From the NCBI GenBank assembly GCA_963667675.1, contig OY763929.1, positions 814,358-878,357 of the forward strand: 64,000 bases of DNA. The letters are read 5' to 3'. A model generated the notes under the pieces. That model saw only the letters and a program-made list of their open reading frames with translations. It searched no databases and was not told where the DNA came from. The position numbers and the translations under genes were made by a program. This DNA is from Dehalococcoidia bacterium. Its GTDB lineage: Bacteria; Chloroflexota; Dehalococcoidia; Lucifugimonadales; UBA3495. Positions 1 through 10,730 of the stretch are shown here, piece by piece (within the stretch, counting starts at the first letter, position 1; the number at the start of each line of letters is the position of its first letter).

Positions 1-170
1 AGCCGCTACGGGCAGCCTGGTGCCCTTGAACACCCAAGCCCCGCTCACCCTGCCGGGAACGCTTTCCACCACAGGGCACTTGCTCCAGTCAGTCATGGGT
101 CACCTTCCTTGAGGTTGCCGGGGCCTGTCTCCTCTGGCTCCTCGAAAAGAGTAGAACGCGATAGCCCGCC

Positions 171-731
171 CTACCCCTGCCTCGCCGCCGGCTGGCGGGG
201 CTGGGGCCGGTTCTTGCTGCCGCCGCGACGCCGCTTGCGGCGGTTGCCGCCGGGGGGTTGAGGGGGTGCGCTCCGCTGGTAGTTGCGGCCGAACTTGAGC
301 TTCTTCATCTCCTCCTCGATGAGGAAGAAGTCGCTCTTGGGCAGCAGGTGGAGGTTGCCCTGGAAGGCCATGTACCATTCCTCGGGCGGCCAGCGGCGGA
401 TGTAGTCCAGCCGGGGCGCCAGCAGGTTGGCGTTGATGTATTGGTGTTCTTCCAGGACCACTTCAGGCTTGATATTGATGCGGTAGGGCCAGCGGGCCCG
501 GCCTTCCGGCTGCCACGTGGGGGTGTCGTCTTCGACGTAGGAAGAAGTGGCGGTGGCGGTGGCGGTGAACCTGCGGGAGCCGTAGACGTAGAACAGAATG
601 CGGTCGCCCGACCCGATTCTCTGGATTTTGCGCCGGTGATAGCCCTTCAAGCCCTGGACGGTGAATCCCAGTTCGCGGGTGATTTCGAAATTCTCGGGGC
701 TGGTGACTATCATCCAATAGTTCTGGGCCAT
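171..731 (-). CDS. PUA/EVE-like (UPF0310-type) domain protein with basic Arg/Gly/Pro-rich C-terminal tail
   Basis: ORF 171..743. ATG at 731 gives MAQNYWMIVTSPENFEI. The first ~150 aa resemble UPF0310/EVE-fold proteins from memory. The tail GGNRRKRRRGGSKNRPQPRQ is low complexity. Confidence 0.5.
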   Translation of the reverse strand: MAQNYWMIVTSPENFEITRELGFTVQGLKGYHRRKIQRIGSGDRILFYVYGSRRFTATATATSSYVEDDTPTWQPEGRARWPYRINIKPEVVLEEHQYINANLLAPRLDYIRRWPPEEWYMAFQGNLHLLPKSDFFLIEEEMKKLKFGRNYQRSAPPQPPGGNRRKRRRGGSKNRPQPRQPAARQG

Positions 732-974
732 AACCTTACCCAAACCCTGGCGTAAACGAGGGCATCAACCAGGCCCACTTACGCCGGGGATTTTGTTGGG
801 CATTATATCATTCCGGGCCGGACACCATGGTCTCGGAGTTTGCCCTTTTTGTGCGGCGATTGGCATCGTTGTGCGGGCCAGCCGGTTTGGTGTAACATTG
901 GTCGCGCTCAGAGGCCAGGCCAACAGCGTCTGTGCCGGCAGCACAATCAGGCCCAGTCTCCTGGAGAGTAAAGC

Positions 975-2150
975 ATGAGTTCAACGGCGTTGAATGACCG
1001 TCAAGTCGCCATCGTTGGTGTGGCGGAGTCCGACCAGATGGGCACCGTGCCCGACAAGTCGTCCCTGCAGCACCACGCCGAGGCGGCCCACAACGCCCTG
1101 GAGGACGCGGGCCTCAGCAAAAGCGACGTAAACGGCCTGTTCACCGCCGGCTTCTCCACGCTGACCACCGGCGAGTACCTGGGCATCCATCCGGGGTTCA
1201 CCGACAGCACTTCGGTGGGGGGCGCCTCCTTTGTCATTCATGTGGCCCACGCGGTGGCCGCCATCAAGGCCGGGTATTGCGACGTTGCGCTCATTACCCA
1301 CGGCGAGGCCGGACGCTCAAACCGGGGCAGGGCCGGCGCGGACCCCAACCAGCCTTCGCAGCAATACGAAGTCCCCTACGGGATCATGGGCCCTCCAATC
1401 AGCTATTCCCTGGCTTGCTCCCGGTACATGCACGAGTACGGCGAGGAGCGGACCAGGCAGGGCATGGCCGAAATCGCGGTGGCCACTCGCAAGTGGGCCA
1501 ACCTGAACCCCAAGGCGGTGATGCACGAGACGACCATGTCGTTCGACGAATATCACGCATCGAGATGGGTCTCCTGGCCCTTTCACCTATTCGACTGCTG
1601 CCTGGTGACCGACTCCGGCGCGGCCGTGGTGGTCACCACCGCCGAGCGGGCCAAGAGCTGCCGCAAGGAGCCGGTGTGGATACTTGGAGCAGCGGAAGGC
1701 CACGACCACAGCATGGTCAGCCAGATGCCGTCGCTCACGTCCATGATTGCCAGGGAGACCGGCCCCAAGGCTTTGGCCAGGGCTGGGGTGACCCACCAGG
1801 ACCTGGACTTGGCAATGATTTACGACTCCTTCACCTATACGGTCATGCTCACGCTGGAAGGCCTGGGGTTCTGCGAGCCGGGCGAGGCCGCCGATTTCGT
1901 CGCCGGCCAGCGCACCGCTCCCGGCGGGGACTTCCCGCTGAACACCAGTGGCGGAGGGCTGTCGTACACCCATCCGGGGATGTACGGCATCTTCCTGCTG
2001 GTGGAGGCCGTGCGCCAGTTGCGCGGCGAGTGCGGAGACCGGCAGGTGAAACGCAAGAGCGACGCCAGCCGGAACGCCAAGACCGCCGTGGTCAACGGCA
2101 CCGGCGGCTTCCTATCCTCCACCGGAACAGTCGTCCTGGCGACAGACTAA
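975..2150 (+). CDS. thiolase-like protein (SCP-x / acetyl-CoA acetyltransferase family)
   Basis: 391-aa ORF with thiolase-type N- and C-terminal halves (VAIVGVAES..., NTSGGGLSYTHPGMYG). Coding-like composition. Confidence 0.8.
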   Translation: MSSTALNDRQVAIVGVAESDQMGTVPDKSSLQHHAEAAHNALEDAGLSKSDVNGLFTAGFSTLTTGEYLGIHPGFTDSTSVGGASFVIHVAHAVAAIKAGYCDVALITHGEAGRSNRGRAGADPNQPSQQYEVPYGIMGPPISYSLACSRYMHEYGEERTRQGMAEIAVATRKWANLNPKAVMHETTMSFDEYHASRWVSWPFHLFDCCLVTDSGAAVVVTTAERAKSCRKEPVWILGAAEGHDHSMVSQMPSLTSMIARETGPKALARAGVTHQDLDLAMIYDSFTYTVMLTLEGLGFCEPGEAADFVAGQRTAPGGDFPLNTSGGGLSYTHPGMYGIFLLVEAVRQLRGECGDRQVKRKSDASRNAKTAVVNGTGGFLSSTGTVVLATD

Positions 2151-2355
2151 GCCGCCGTTCCCCTCCTCGATTTCTCCCAAACCTGCGCGACCGAAAATTG
2201 CGCAAACCGGCCATTTTTGGTTCATGCCGCCTATTAAGGGCCCCCGCGGCGATGTGCTAGACTCTGGAAATTAAGAACGCTGGGATGGCCTTTTAGCCGC
2301 CATCTCATCTTGTTACGCCGACGGCTTGTACGTCGATGGCGAAAGGATACGGCCC

Positions 2356-3276
2356 ATGGACCGCGATATTACCGCTTTTTTGCAGCACCTCATTGTCGAA
2401 AAAGGCTTCTCCCAGAACACCGCCGAGGCTTACCGCAACGACCTGAACCAGTTCTGGGAATTCCTCCAGAAGAGACGCAACGGCAACGGCTCATCCAACG
2501 GCGGCTACCCCTGGTCTTCAGTAGACCTGGACTCGTTCAACGAATACATAGTCGACCTCCGCGGGCGCAAGGGCTATCGCGACACGACTACGGCCAGGAA
2601 AGTAGCGTCCATAAGGTCCTTTTTTGGCTTCCTGTTTGAAAACGGCGCCATCCACCAGGACCCCACCGAATCCCTGGGATCTCCCAGGGTGGGCAGGTCT
2701 CTGCCCAAGTTCCTTTCTAAAGAGGACGTGACCCGGCTGTTGGACGCCGCCTGCAAGGACTCCGGCAACGAAGCCCGGAGAGACGCGGCGATATTGGAGT
2801 TGCTCTACGCCACCGGTCTGCGGGTAGGAGAGTTGGTCTCTCTCAACGTGGCGGACATCGATCTCCAGGAGTCCTATATCCGGTGCTGGGGCAAGGGCTC
2901 CAAGGAACGCATAGTCCATCTATACCCCAAGGCCGTCAAGGAATTGAAACAGTACCTGACCCTTATCAGGCCGAACCTGTTGAAGAATCGCAATGGCGAA
3001 ACGGCCCTCTTCGTCAACCACCGAGGTGAGCGCTTGACCCGGCAATGGGTCTGGAACATTCTCAAGAACTACGGGGCCAAGGCGGGCATCCAGCAGCAAA
3101 TCACGCCGCACACCCTGCGTCACAGCTTTGCAACACATCTCCTGGAGAACGGCGCTTCTCTGCGCCACGTGCAGGAGCTCCTGGGCCACTCCAGCATTTC
3201 CACCACCCAGGTCTACACTCACCTTACCGACCACCAACTGCATAAGGAATACGAGGTGAGCCACCCCAGGGCCTAG
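2356..3276 (+). CDS. xerD: site-specific tyrosine recombinase XerC/XerD family
   Basis: N-terminal SAM-like domain (FLQHLIVEKGFSQNTAEAYRNDL). Catalytic residues in ATGLRVGELVSL, HTLRHSFATHLL and LGHSSISTTQVYTH. ATG at 2356 follows AAAGGA; the ORF opens at 2326. Confidence 0.85.
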   Translation: MDRDITAFLQHLIVEKGFSQNTAEAYRNDLNQFWEFLQKRRNGNGSSNGGYPWSSVDLDSFNEYIVDLRGRKGYRDTTTARKVASIRSFFGFLFENGAIHQDPTESLGSPRVGRSLPKFLSKEDVTRLLDAACKDSGNEARRDAAILELLYATGLRVGELVSLNVADIDLQESYIRCWGKGSKERIVHLYPKAVKELKQYLTLIRPNLLKNRNGETALFVNHRGERLTRQWVWNILKNYGAKAGIQQQITPHTLRHSFATHLLENGASLRHVQELLGHSSISTTQVYTHLTDHQLHKEYEVSHPRA

Positions 3277-3321
3277 GCAACGGCGCACGCGATCCCAGCG
3301 AATCCGAGATGTACCGGAAAG

Positions 3322-3356
3322 AATGGGCAGCCACTATGGGCGGCTGCCCATTTTCG
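3322..3356 (+). terminator. candidate rho-independent terminator after xerD
   Basis: Inverted repeat aatgggcagcc / ggctgcccatt followed by a T run (ttttcg). Confidence 0.4.
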
Positions 3357-3451
3357 CGATTTGCTGCTATAGTATTCGGTGTCGGGCCGGCGACGCGTGA
3401 ACATTAGGCCCCTTGCTTTTTGACCGCCGACCCAACAGGAGGTAGGTCCCT

Positions 3452-3823
3452 ATGCCTGGTAAAGCGCGGCGGGTAGCGTCACGTCAAGCGCAACTCAGCC
3501 GCAGAAGAAGAAAGCAGCAAAGAGGCGGCCCCGTTCCACAGCCGGCCGTCCAAGTGCCTGTAGACGCGGACGGCAACCAGACTGAAGCGGCCGCTGTGCC
3601 AACGGCGGCGCCGACGCCTGCCGCGGCCGCTCCTGCCCCAGCGGCCAGACCTGCCGCGGCCGCTGCTGCGGCAACCCAGCCGGCTGCTCCAGCCAGAAGG
3701 CCGGTTACGTACAGGGGAGAGCGGTTGGCCGTTTCCAACTACGTCGGGCGCGAACTGCGGCGCATACTCATGTTGGCTTCGGTGGTGCTGGCCGCAATCA
3801 TCGTTCTCGGTATATTAGTCTAG
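3452..3823 (+). CDS. hypothetical Ala/Pro-rich protein with basic N-terminus and one C-terminal TM helix
   Basis: 123-aa ORF ending in LMLASVVLAAIIVLGILV. AGGAGG lies upstream of the ATG. No recognisable domain. Confidence 0.45.
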   Translation: MPGKARRVASRQAQLSRRRRKQQRGGPVPQPAVQVPVDADGNQTEAAAVPTAAPTPAAAAPAPAARPAAAAAAATQPAAPARRPVTYRGERLAVSNYVGRELRRILMLASVVLAAIIVLGILV

Positions 3824-3829
3824 AGAACA

Positions 3830-5704
3830 ATGCCCCTCCCCCTCATCGAGCAGCGGTTGCGGGTCACCCCGGAACGGCCCGGGGTGTACCTGATGAAAGA
3901 CGCCAACGGCAGCGTCCTGTACGTGGGCAAAGCCAGCGTCCTGAGCAACCGCCTGCGCACCTACTTCGGAGCTCCATCCGCCCAATCTTCCAAGACCCGC
4001 CGCATGATGGGGCATGTCCACGACTTCGAGTACATCGTCACCGACAGCGAGGCGGAAGCCCTGATCCTGGAAAACACCCTGATCAAGCGTTACCGGCCCC
4101 GCTACAACGCCCGGCTCAAAGACGACAAGACTTACCCGTACCTGAAGATAGACCTGGCCGAGGAGTTTCCCAGGGTGTACATCACCCGGAGAGTGAGCCG
4201 GGACGGGGCGCGGTACTTCGGGCCCTTCGCCACCGCCGGGACGGTCCGCAAGACGATGGACCTGGTGAAGCGGCTGTTCCCGTACCGGTCATGCACCAAG
4301 ACCATCACCGGGACCGACCCCCGGCCGTGCCTGGAGTACTACATCAACCGCTGCGTGGCTCCATGCACCGGATACGCCAACCGGGACGAGTACGCCAAGG
4401 TAATCGAGCAGGTAGTCCAGTTCATGGAGGGAGATGCCGAGGCCGTCACCGAGGACTTGAGGATGAACATGGAAGCGGCGGCGGAACGGCTGGAGTTCGA
4501 GCGGGCCGCGGTGCTGCGAGACCGGATACGCAGCGTCGAAAAAGTAGCCGAAGAGCAACGAATCAAGGTTGATTCCAATCCAATAAGCGACATGGACCTG
4601 TTGGCCGTGGCCCAGGGGACCAATGAGTCTTGGGTCGAGGTGTTCTTCATCCGGCACAACAAGCTCATCGGCCGGGACCACTTCATCATGGAGGGCACCC
4701 AGGACGAATCGCCAGGCCTGGTGCTGGGCCAGTTCATCAAGCAGTTCTACCAGTCGGCGGCCAACATACCGCCGCGAGTGCTGGTGCAACACACCCTGGA
4801 AGACGCGGAAGTCATCCAGGAATGGCTGCGGGGACTGCGACAGAAGCCGGTGCGGTTGCTGCGGCCGCAGCGGGGCGTACACAAGCAACTGATCGACACC
4901 GTCGCCGAGAACGCGGCGCAAGGCCTGGCCCAGCACAGGGTAAAGTGGCTGGACAACGCCGACCTGACGCAGCAGGCAATGGAGGAATTGCAGGAGGAAC
5001 TGAGCCTGCCCGCCCTGCCCCACCGGATGGAATGCTACGACATTTCGCACATCCAGGGGAGCAACTCCGTCGGGAGCATGGTGGTATTCGAGAACGGCAG
5101 GCCCAAGCCGGCCCATTACCGCCGTTTCAAGGTCAAGTCGGTGGAGGGCGTTGACGACTACGAAAGCATGCGGGAGGTGTTGCGCCGCCGCTTCAAGCGT
5201 CTCGGCCAGGCCAAGGCGTCCCAGCGGGGGGCGGACGATACTCCCTTGACCGGAGCCAGCGAAGGAGAAGCGTGGGGAATACTGCCGGACTTGGTGCTGA
5301 TCGACGGCGGAAAAGGACAGCTTTCCGCGGCGTTGGGCGTCTTGTTGGAGTTGGGACTGGACGACATTCCATTGGCCTCTCTGGCCAAGGAAAACGAATG
5401 GATCTTCGTTCCCCACAGCCAGGAGCCCATCGAGTTGCCGCGGAACTCGCAAGGCCTGTACCTGGCGCAGCGGATCCGCGACGAGGCGCACCGCTTCGCC
5501 ATCACCTACCACCGGAACCGCCGCAGCAAGAGCAGCCTCCGCTCCCCCATCGACATGGTCAGCGGCATAGGTCCCAAGCGCAAACGCATGTTGATGCGCC
5601 GTTTCGGGAACCTGCAGGGAATCAAAGAGGCCTCGGTTGAGGACATCGCTTCGGTGCCGGGCCTGACCCGCTCGCTGGCCCTTCTCCTGAAGCAGAGCAT
5701 CTAG
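3830..5704 (+). CDS. uvrC: excinuclease ABC subunit C
   Basis: GIY-YIG N-terminus (PGVYLMKDANGSVLYVGKA), UvrBC-interaction region, RNase-H-like endonuclease domain and C-terminal HhH (GIGPKRKRMLMRRFG). Confidence 0.95.
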   Translation: MPLPLIEQRLRVTPERPGVYLMKDANGSVLYVGKASVLSNRLRTYFGAPSAQSSKTRRMMGHVHDFEYIVTDSEAEALILENTLIKRYRPRYNARLKDDKTYPYLKIDLAEEFPRVYITRRVSRDGARYFGPFATAGTVRKTMDLVKRLFPYRSCTKTITGTDPRPCLEYYINRCVAPCTGYANRDEYAKVIEQVVQFMEGDAEAVTEDLRMNMEAAAERLEFERAAVLRDRIRSVEKVAEEQRIKVDSNPISDMDLLAVAQGTNESWVEVFFIRHNKLIGRDHFIMEGTQDESPGLVLGQFIKQFYQSAANIPPRVLVQHTLEDAEVIQEWLRGLRQKPVRLLRPQRGVHKQLIDTVAENAAQGLAQHRVKWLDNADLTQQAMEELQEELSLPALPHRMECYDISHIQGSNSVGSMVVFENGRPKPAHYRRFKVKSVEGVDDYESMREVLRRRFKRLGQAKASQRGADDTPLTGASEGEAWGILPDLVLIDGGKGQLSAALGVLLELGLDDIPLASLAKENEWIFVPHSQEPIELPRNSQGLYLAQRIRDEAHRFAITYHRNRRSKSSLRSPIDMVSGIGPKRKRMLMRRFGNLQGIKEASVEDIASVPGLTRSLALLLKQSI

Positions 5705-5857
5705 GACCGGCAGGTTGCCGGCAGACTTTGCGATGCCGCCTTGGCCTGTGATCCAGCAGGTACGGTCCTGGGTTGAACTGCTTCTAAAGGCGGGGGTTGC
5801 CTAAGGAGTACCCATCCAGTACCATTCTGGCATCGCAGGCCGGGACAGCCGTAGCAC

Positions 5858-6532
5858 ATGGTCAAAGTTTCCATCAACCTTCCCAATTCGACGCAAATCA
5901 GCTTCGAGGCCGACGCCGATGAGATCGCCCAAGGCGTGGTGGGCGCCGTGCTGCGGGACTTGCCCCCAGACCTGATGAACCACGTTCAGGTCACGGATGG
6001 CCAGTCTCCCAACGGTCCGCCGCCGGCTCCGGCAGAGGCGACGGACGACGGGGCCGACAGTGACGAGGCGGTCTCAGACGCGGGTTCGCCAGAGCCGGAG
6101 ACGGGCGTTGGAGAGGCCACTGCCGAGGAGGACGAAGACCCGACGCCTCCGGCCGTCAACACTAACGACATGCCAAGAACGGCGGAGATGGCCCCACAAT
6201 CGCCTGCACCAAGGACCGCGGTGGGAGACCTCCGGTCACGCGGAGAAGAAAGCTCCTTTGCTGAGTTCTGCCGCTCGGCCAGTCCCATGGGGGACATGCG
6301 GCGGGTGGTGGTGGCCGCCGAGGGCGCCAGCCGGATATTGGGGATGGTCAGTGTCGACGCCGAAGACCTGGCCAGGCTGTTCGACCTGGCCGGCTGGCGG
6401 AGGGCCCACAACTTTACCCAGACCCTGCGCAACGCCGCCCGGGACAGGTTCCGCTGGCTGGAACGAGTCCCAGGGCGCGCCGGGCGGTACTCAGTTACCG
6501 ACCTCGGCAGGTCGGCCATTCTGGGCCAATAG
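5858..6532 (+). CDS. hypothetical protein with acidic disordered linker
   Basis: 224-aa ORF: short N-terminal domain, D/E/P-rich linker and a structured-looking C-terminal ~90 aa. No family recognised. Confidence 0.45.
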   Translation: MVKVSINLPNSTQISFEADADEIAQGVVGAVLRDLPPDLMNHVQVTDGQSPNGPPPAPAEATDDGADSDEAVSDAGSPEPETGVGEATAEEDEDPTPPAVNTNDMPRTAEMAPQSPAPRTAVGDLRSRGEESSFAEFCRSASPMGDMRRVVVAAEGASRILGMVSVDAEDLARLFDLAGWRRAHNFTQTLRNAARDRFRWLERVPGRAGRYSVTDLGRSAILGQ

Positions 6533-6578
6533 CCGTCTGTTCAACACGATTAGATAAGTCACCTTAGGAGAGCACGCC

Positions 6579-7991
6579 ATGAAAATGTACGTAAACGGGA
6601 AGTGGACGGAGGGGGAGCAATCTACTCCGGTGTTCAATCCATACGATCAAACGGTGGTGGACACTGTACCCAGGGCCACGGCAGCCGAGGTCGACCTAGC
6701 CATCACTAGCGCGGCGCGCGGCGCCGAGGTGATGGCCGCAACGACCGCCTATGAGCGCTACGCCATCTTGCGCCGGGCGGCGGACTTGATGGAGGAGCGA
6801 CTCGAAGACCTGGCTCGGACCATCACCCTGGAAGAGGGCAAGATAATCTTCGAGGCTCGGGTCGAGGTGCAGCGGGCCATTCAGACGATGACCCTGTCGG
6901 CTGAGGAGGCCAAGCGTCTTTACGGCGAGACGCTGCCGTTGGACTCCGCTCCCAGCGCCCAGGGCCAGTTCGGGTTCACCATCAGGGTGCCCGTGGGCGT
7001 GGTGGCGGCCATCGCTCCCTTCAACTTCCCCCTCAACCTGGTCTGTCACAAGATCGGCCCGGCCTTGGCCGCCGGCAACTCGGTGGTGCTCAAGCCGGCC
7101 GGGGACACCCCCCTCTCGGCCTTGAAGATGACCGAGGTGCTGCTAGACGCCGGCCTGCCAGAAGAGGGCATCCAGTGCGTCACCGGCTCCGGGGCAGAGA
7201 TCGGCGACATCCTGACGGGAGATCCCAGGGTCAGGAAGATAACCTTCACCGGCAGCATGGAGGTCGGCGACCGAATCTGCCGGAACGCCGGCATCAAGAA
7301 GGTGACGATGGAGCTGGGATCCAACAGCCCCTTGATCGTCATGTCCGACGCCGACCTGGACAAGGTAGCGGCGGCCACGGTGGCCGGCGGTTTTGCCAAC
7401 GCCGGCCAGGTATGCATTTCGACCCAGCGGGTACTGGCCGACCAACGGATTTACGCAGACTTCCTGGATGCCCTTGTGGCCCCCACGGAGGCCTTCGCCA
7501 CCGGGGACCCGCTGGCGGAAGGCACCAAGATGGGGCCCATGATCCGGGCCGGAGATGCCGAGCGAGTGGGCCAGTGGATCGGCGAGGCGGTGGAACAGGG
7601 CGCCCGCGTCGTCACCGGCGGCGACCACGAGGGGACGCTGCACGCGCCCACGGTGGTGGCCGACGCCACGCCCGACATGCTGATCTCGCGAGAGGAGTTG
7701 TTCGGCCCGGCGGTGGCGGTCAGCGCGTTCAACGACATCGACGAGGCCATTTCCATGGCCAACGACACCAGGTTCGGCCTGTCCGCGGGCATCTTCACCC
7801 AGAACATTGACTGGGCCATGCGCTTCGCCAGAGAGGTGCATTCGGGCAATCTCCACATCAACTCGTCGCCCCTGTGGCGGGTGGACATGATGCCCTACGG
7901 CGGCCTGAAGGACAGCGGCATGGGCAAGGAAGGCCCCAGCTACGCCGTGTCGGAGATGACCGAACTCAAGATGGTGGTGATGCACCTTTAG
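6579..7991 (+). CDS. NAD(P)-dependent aldehyde dehydrogenase family protein
   Basis: ELGSNSP glutamate motif and catalytic Cys context FANAGQVCIST. 470 aa, typical ALDH length. Confidence 0.9.
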   Translation: MKMYVNGKWTEGEQSTPVFNPYDQTVVDTVPRATAAEVDLAITSAARGAEVMAATTAYERYAILRRAADLMEERLEDLARTITLEEGKIIFEARVEVQRAIQTMTLSAEEAKRLYGETLPLDSAPSAQGQFGFTIRVPVGVVAAIAPFNFPLNLVCHKIGPALAAGNSVVLKPAGDTPLSALKMTEVLLDAGLPEEGIQCVTGSGAEIGDILTGDPRVRKITFTGSMEVGDRICRNAGIKKVTMELGSNSPLIVMSDADLDKVAAATVAGGFANAGQVCISTQRVLADQRIYADFLDALVAPTEAFATGDPLAEGTKMGPMIRAGDAERVGQWIGEAVEQGARVVTGGDHEGTLHAPTVVADATPDMLISREELFGPAVAVSAFNDIDEAISMANDTRFGLSAGIFTQNIDWAMRFAREVHSGNLHINSSPLWRVDMMPYGGLKDSGMGKEGPSYAVSEMTELKMVVMHL

Positions 7992-8050
7992 AGATTATCG
8001 GAGCCGACAGCGGCCTCACTAAGTGAACCAGCGGAGACACAATTAAAGAT

Positions 8051-8794
8051 ATGGAGATAGTTGCCGACCCGCCTCGCCGGGTGCTGGCGGTTACGCCCCA
8101 CCCCGACGATTGCGAGGGCGGTTGCGGCGGGGCCCTGGCCAGGTGGATTAAGGAAGCGGGCACCGAAGCCGTGGTGGTGCTGTGCACCAACGGCGACAAG
8201 GGCACCTCCGACCGGGACATGCGGCCGGAGCGGCTGGCCGCCATCCGCGAGCGCGAACAGCAGGAAGCCTCGGACGTTCTTGGCGTCAAGGAAGTGGTCT
8301 TTCTGTCTCATCCCGACGGCGGCCTGGAAGACACCATGTTGTTCCGCGGCCAGATCGTAAGGGAAATCCGCCGCCACAAGCCTGACGCGGTGGTCTGCAT
8401 CGACCCCTATCGGAGCCGCAGCCACACCCACCGGGACCACCGGATAAGCGGGCAGGTAACGGTGGACGCGGCGTTCACCTACGCCTGGAGCTACCTGCAC
8501 TTCCCGGAACAGATAACCGACGAGGGGCTGGAGCCTCACCAAGTAAGGGAAGCCTACCTATGGGGAGGCGAGGCCCCAAACGCCTACGTGGACATCGAAG
8601 ATTACGTGGACATGAAGGCGGAGTCCCTGGGCAAACACGCCAGCCAGATGAATTCCGACCCTATCAGGAGAAGGGAAATCATACGGGAATGGGCCGCCCG
8701 CCACGGCAAGGCGGTGGGACTGCACTACGCCGAGCAGTTCCGGCGGGTGCCGTTCGACCTGGGATCGCTGGCCTGCCGGCTGATGAACCTGTAG
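8051..8794 (+). CDS. PIG-L / LmbE family N-acetylglucosaminyl deacetylase
   Basis: VTPHPDDCEGGCGG zinc-binding motif and HTHRDH motif typical of the LmbE family. Confidence 0.85.
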   Translation: MEIVADPPRRVLAVTPHPDDCEGGCGGALARWIKEAGTEAVVVLCTNGDKGTSDRDMRPERLAAIREREQQEASDVLGVKEVVFLSHPDGGLEDTMLFRGQIVREIRRHKPDAVVCIDPYRSRSHTHRDHRISGQVTVDAAFTYAWSYLHFPEQITDEGLEPHQVREAYLWGGEAPNAYVDIEDYVDMKAESLGKHASQMNSDPIRRREIIREWAARHGKAVGLHYAEQFRRVPFDLGSLACRLMNL

Positions 8795-8807
8795 CCGCAG
8801 GCCGCGC

Positions 8808-9161
8808 CTACTCTGTCGCGGCCTCCCGGTAGCACTCGTCCGACTTGGCCGCCATGATGAAATCGTTGCGGTGCAGGTTGCGAATCTTGTGCGTCCACCA
8901 CGTGACCCTGACCCGGCCCCATTCGGTGGTCAGCCTGGGATGGTGGCCTTCCTCTTCGGCCAATTCGCCCACGGCCGCGGTAAAGCCCAGGGCTTGGCGG
9001 AAGTCGCTGAACTTGAATAGCTTGTCCAGCTTCTTTATGCCGTCCTCGGTAAGCAGGTCCCAATCGGGCACCTGCTGATGCAACTCTGATGCTTCCTGGT
9101 CGGTGACTGGGGGAGAGTCGCGGCGGCAGGCCACGCACTTTTCCCGGTTTAGCTGTTGCAT
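8808..9161 (-). CDS. phhB: 4a-hydroxytetrahydrobiopterin (pterin-4-alpha-carbinolamine) dehydratase
   Basis: 117 aa with EEEGHHPRL ... WWTH core characteristic of PCD/DCoH. Confidence 0.85.
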   Translation of the reverse strand: MQQLNREKCVACRRDSPPVTDQEASELHQQVPDWDLLTEDGIKKLDKLFKFSDFRQALGFTAAVGELAEEEGHHPRLTTEWGRVRVTWWTHKIRNLHRNDFIMAAKSDECYREAATE

Positions 9162-9272
9162 TTCGGCACTCCTAACCGTTACGGCCCCGCTCCGGTGGGT
9201 AAACCGACGCCCGGAACTTCTCTTGCAGGTTTCAATAAGGAAATTTTAGCATACGGGCGGACCTCTCCGGTC

Positions 9273-9302
9273 CTTGAGCAAGCCTGGACCTCTGGAGTAT
9301 AG
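9273..9302 (+). promoter_or_regulatory. candidate sigma-70-type promoter upstream of argH
   Basis: TTGAGC, 18-nt spacer, TATAGT, about 80 nt upstream of the argH ATG. Confidence 0.25.
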
Positions 9303-9380
9303 TTTGTGGGGGCAAATCGCCCAGTGCGGAATAGACGACGCCAGGGGCCCGGCCCTATTTGAAATCCGGCGAACAGCGCA

Positions 9381-10730
9381 ATGTCCGACCACAGTCAATA
9401 CACAGTGTCCATAGACTACGACCGCCGGTTGGCCCGCCAGGACATTGCCGGGTCCATAGCCCACGCCCGTATGCTGGCCAGGCAGGGGATCATCACCCAG
9501 GAGGACGCCGACCTGATCACCGAGGGACTGGCCGAGGTGGGCCGGGAGATAGAGGCAGGCGAATTCCCCTGGGACCCCGCCTTGGAAGACCTGCACATGA
9601 ACATCGAGAGCAGGCTGCAGACGCTGATAGGCGCCCCGGCGGGACGCCTGCACACCGCCCGCTCGCGCAACGACCAGATAGCCGTAGATATGCGGCTCTA
9701 CACCAAGGAGGTCATCGACGACACCGCGGCCAAGCTGCGCCGGGTGCAATCGGCCCTGGTCGAACTGGCGGAAAGGCACCGGGAAGCAATCATGCCCGGC
9801 TACACTCACTTGCAAAGGGCCCAACCGGTGCTGTTCGCCCACCACATGCTGGCCTACTTCCAGATGTTCCAGCGGGACATCCAGCGGTTTTCCGATTGCC
9901 GGCGTCGCGCCGACGTGCTCCCATTGGGCAGCGGCGCCCTGGCGGGAGTCTCCTACCCCACAGACAGGGAGTTCCTGGCCCGCGAACTGGGGTTCCAGGA
10001 AATCAGCGCCAACAGCATGGACGCGGTGTCGGACCGGGACTTCGTGTTGGAGTACCTGGCGGCGGCGGCCATCTGCGCTATGCACCTGTCGCGGCTGGCC
10101 GAGGAGATCGTCCTGTGGTCCAGCCGGGAATTCGGCTTCGTCGCGTTGAGCGAGGAGTTCACCACCGGCAGCAGCATCATGCCGCAGAAGCGAAACCCGG
10201 ACTTCGCCGAACTGGCCCGGGGCAAGACCGGGCGGGTGTACGGCAACCTGCTGGGACTGCTCACGGTGCTCAAGGGCCTGCCGCTAACGTATAACCGGGA
10301 CCTGCAGGAAGACAAAGAAGGGTTCTTCGACACCGTGGATACCCTCACGTCAACCCTCGAAGTCTTCCAGGGGATGCTGTCGGGGTTGACGTTGAACGAA
10401 GACCGGGTGACGGCATTGGCCGGCGAGAGCCAGGCGCTGGCCACCGACCTGGCGGACTACCTGGTGGGCAAGGGCGTCCCCTTCCGCGTGGCCCATGGCA
10501 TCGTCCGGGAGCTGTGCCGCTACTGCGATGACCAGAAAAAGGACCTAGCGGCGCTGGAACTCGACGAGTACCAGCGGTTTTCGCCGATGTTCGACCGGGA
10601 CGTGTACCAGATAACCGCCCAGTCGGCGACGGAGGCCCGGGACAACCCCGGCGGCACCGCGCCGGGACGGGTGGCGTCCGAACTCGCCCATGCCAGGGAA
10701 ATCTTGAATGCGGAGGCTGACGGTGGCTGA
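9381..10730 (+). CDS. argH: argininosuccinate lyase
   Basis: Fumarate-lyase signature GSSIMPQKRNPD. Full-length 449 aa. Confidence 0.95.
   Translation: MSDHSQYTVSIDYDRRLARQDIAGSIAHARMLARQGIITQEDADLITEGLAEVGREIEAGEFPWDPALEDLHMNIESRLQTLIGAPAGRLHTARSRNDQIAVDMRLYTKEVIDDTAAKLRRVQSALVELAERHREAIMPGYTHLQRAQPVLFAHHMLAYFQMFQRDIQRFSDCRRRADVLPLGSGALAGVSYPTDREFLARELGFQEISANSMDAVSDRDFVLEYLAAAAICAMHLSRLAEEIVLWSSREFGFVALSEEFTTGSSIMPQKRNPDFAELARGKTGRVYGNLLGLLTVLKGLPLTYNRDLQEDKEGFFDTVDTLTSTLEVFQGMLSGLTLNEDRVTALAGESQALATDLADYLVGKGVPFRVAHGIVRELCRYCDDQKKDLAALELDEYQRFSPMFDRDVYQITAQSATEARDNPGGTAPGRVASELAHAREILNAEADGG

Noticed and set aside
793-978. 61-aa ORF upstream of the thiolase gene, and the + strand ORF 11699..12016.
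   Set aside because: No SD, odd composition, no family resemblance, and overlap with more plausible features. Treated as non-coding.
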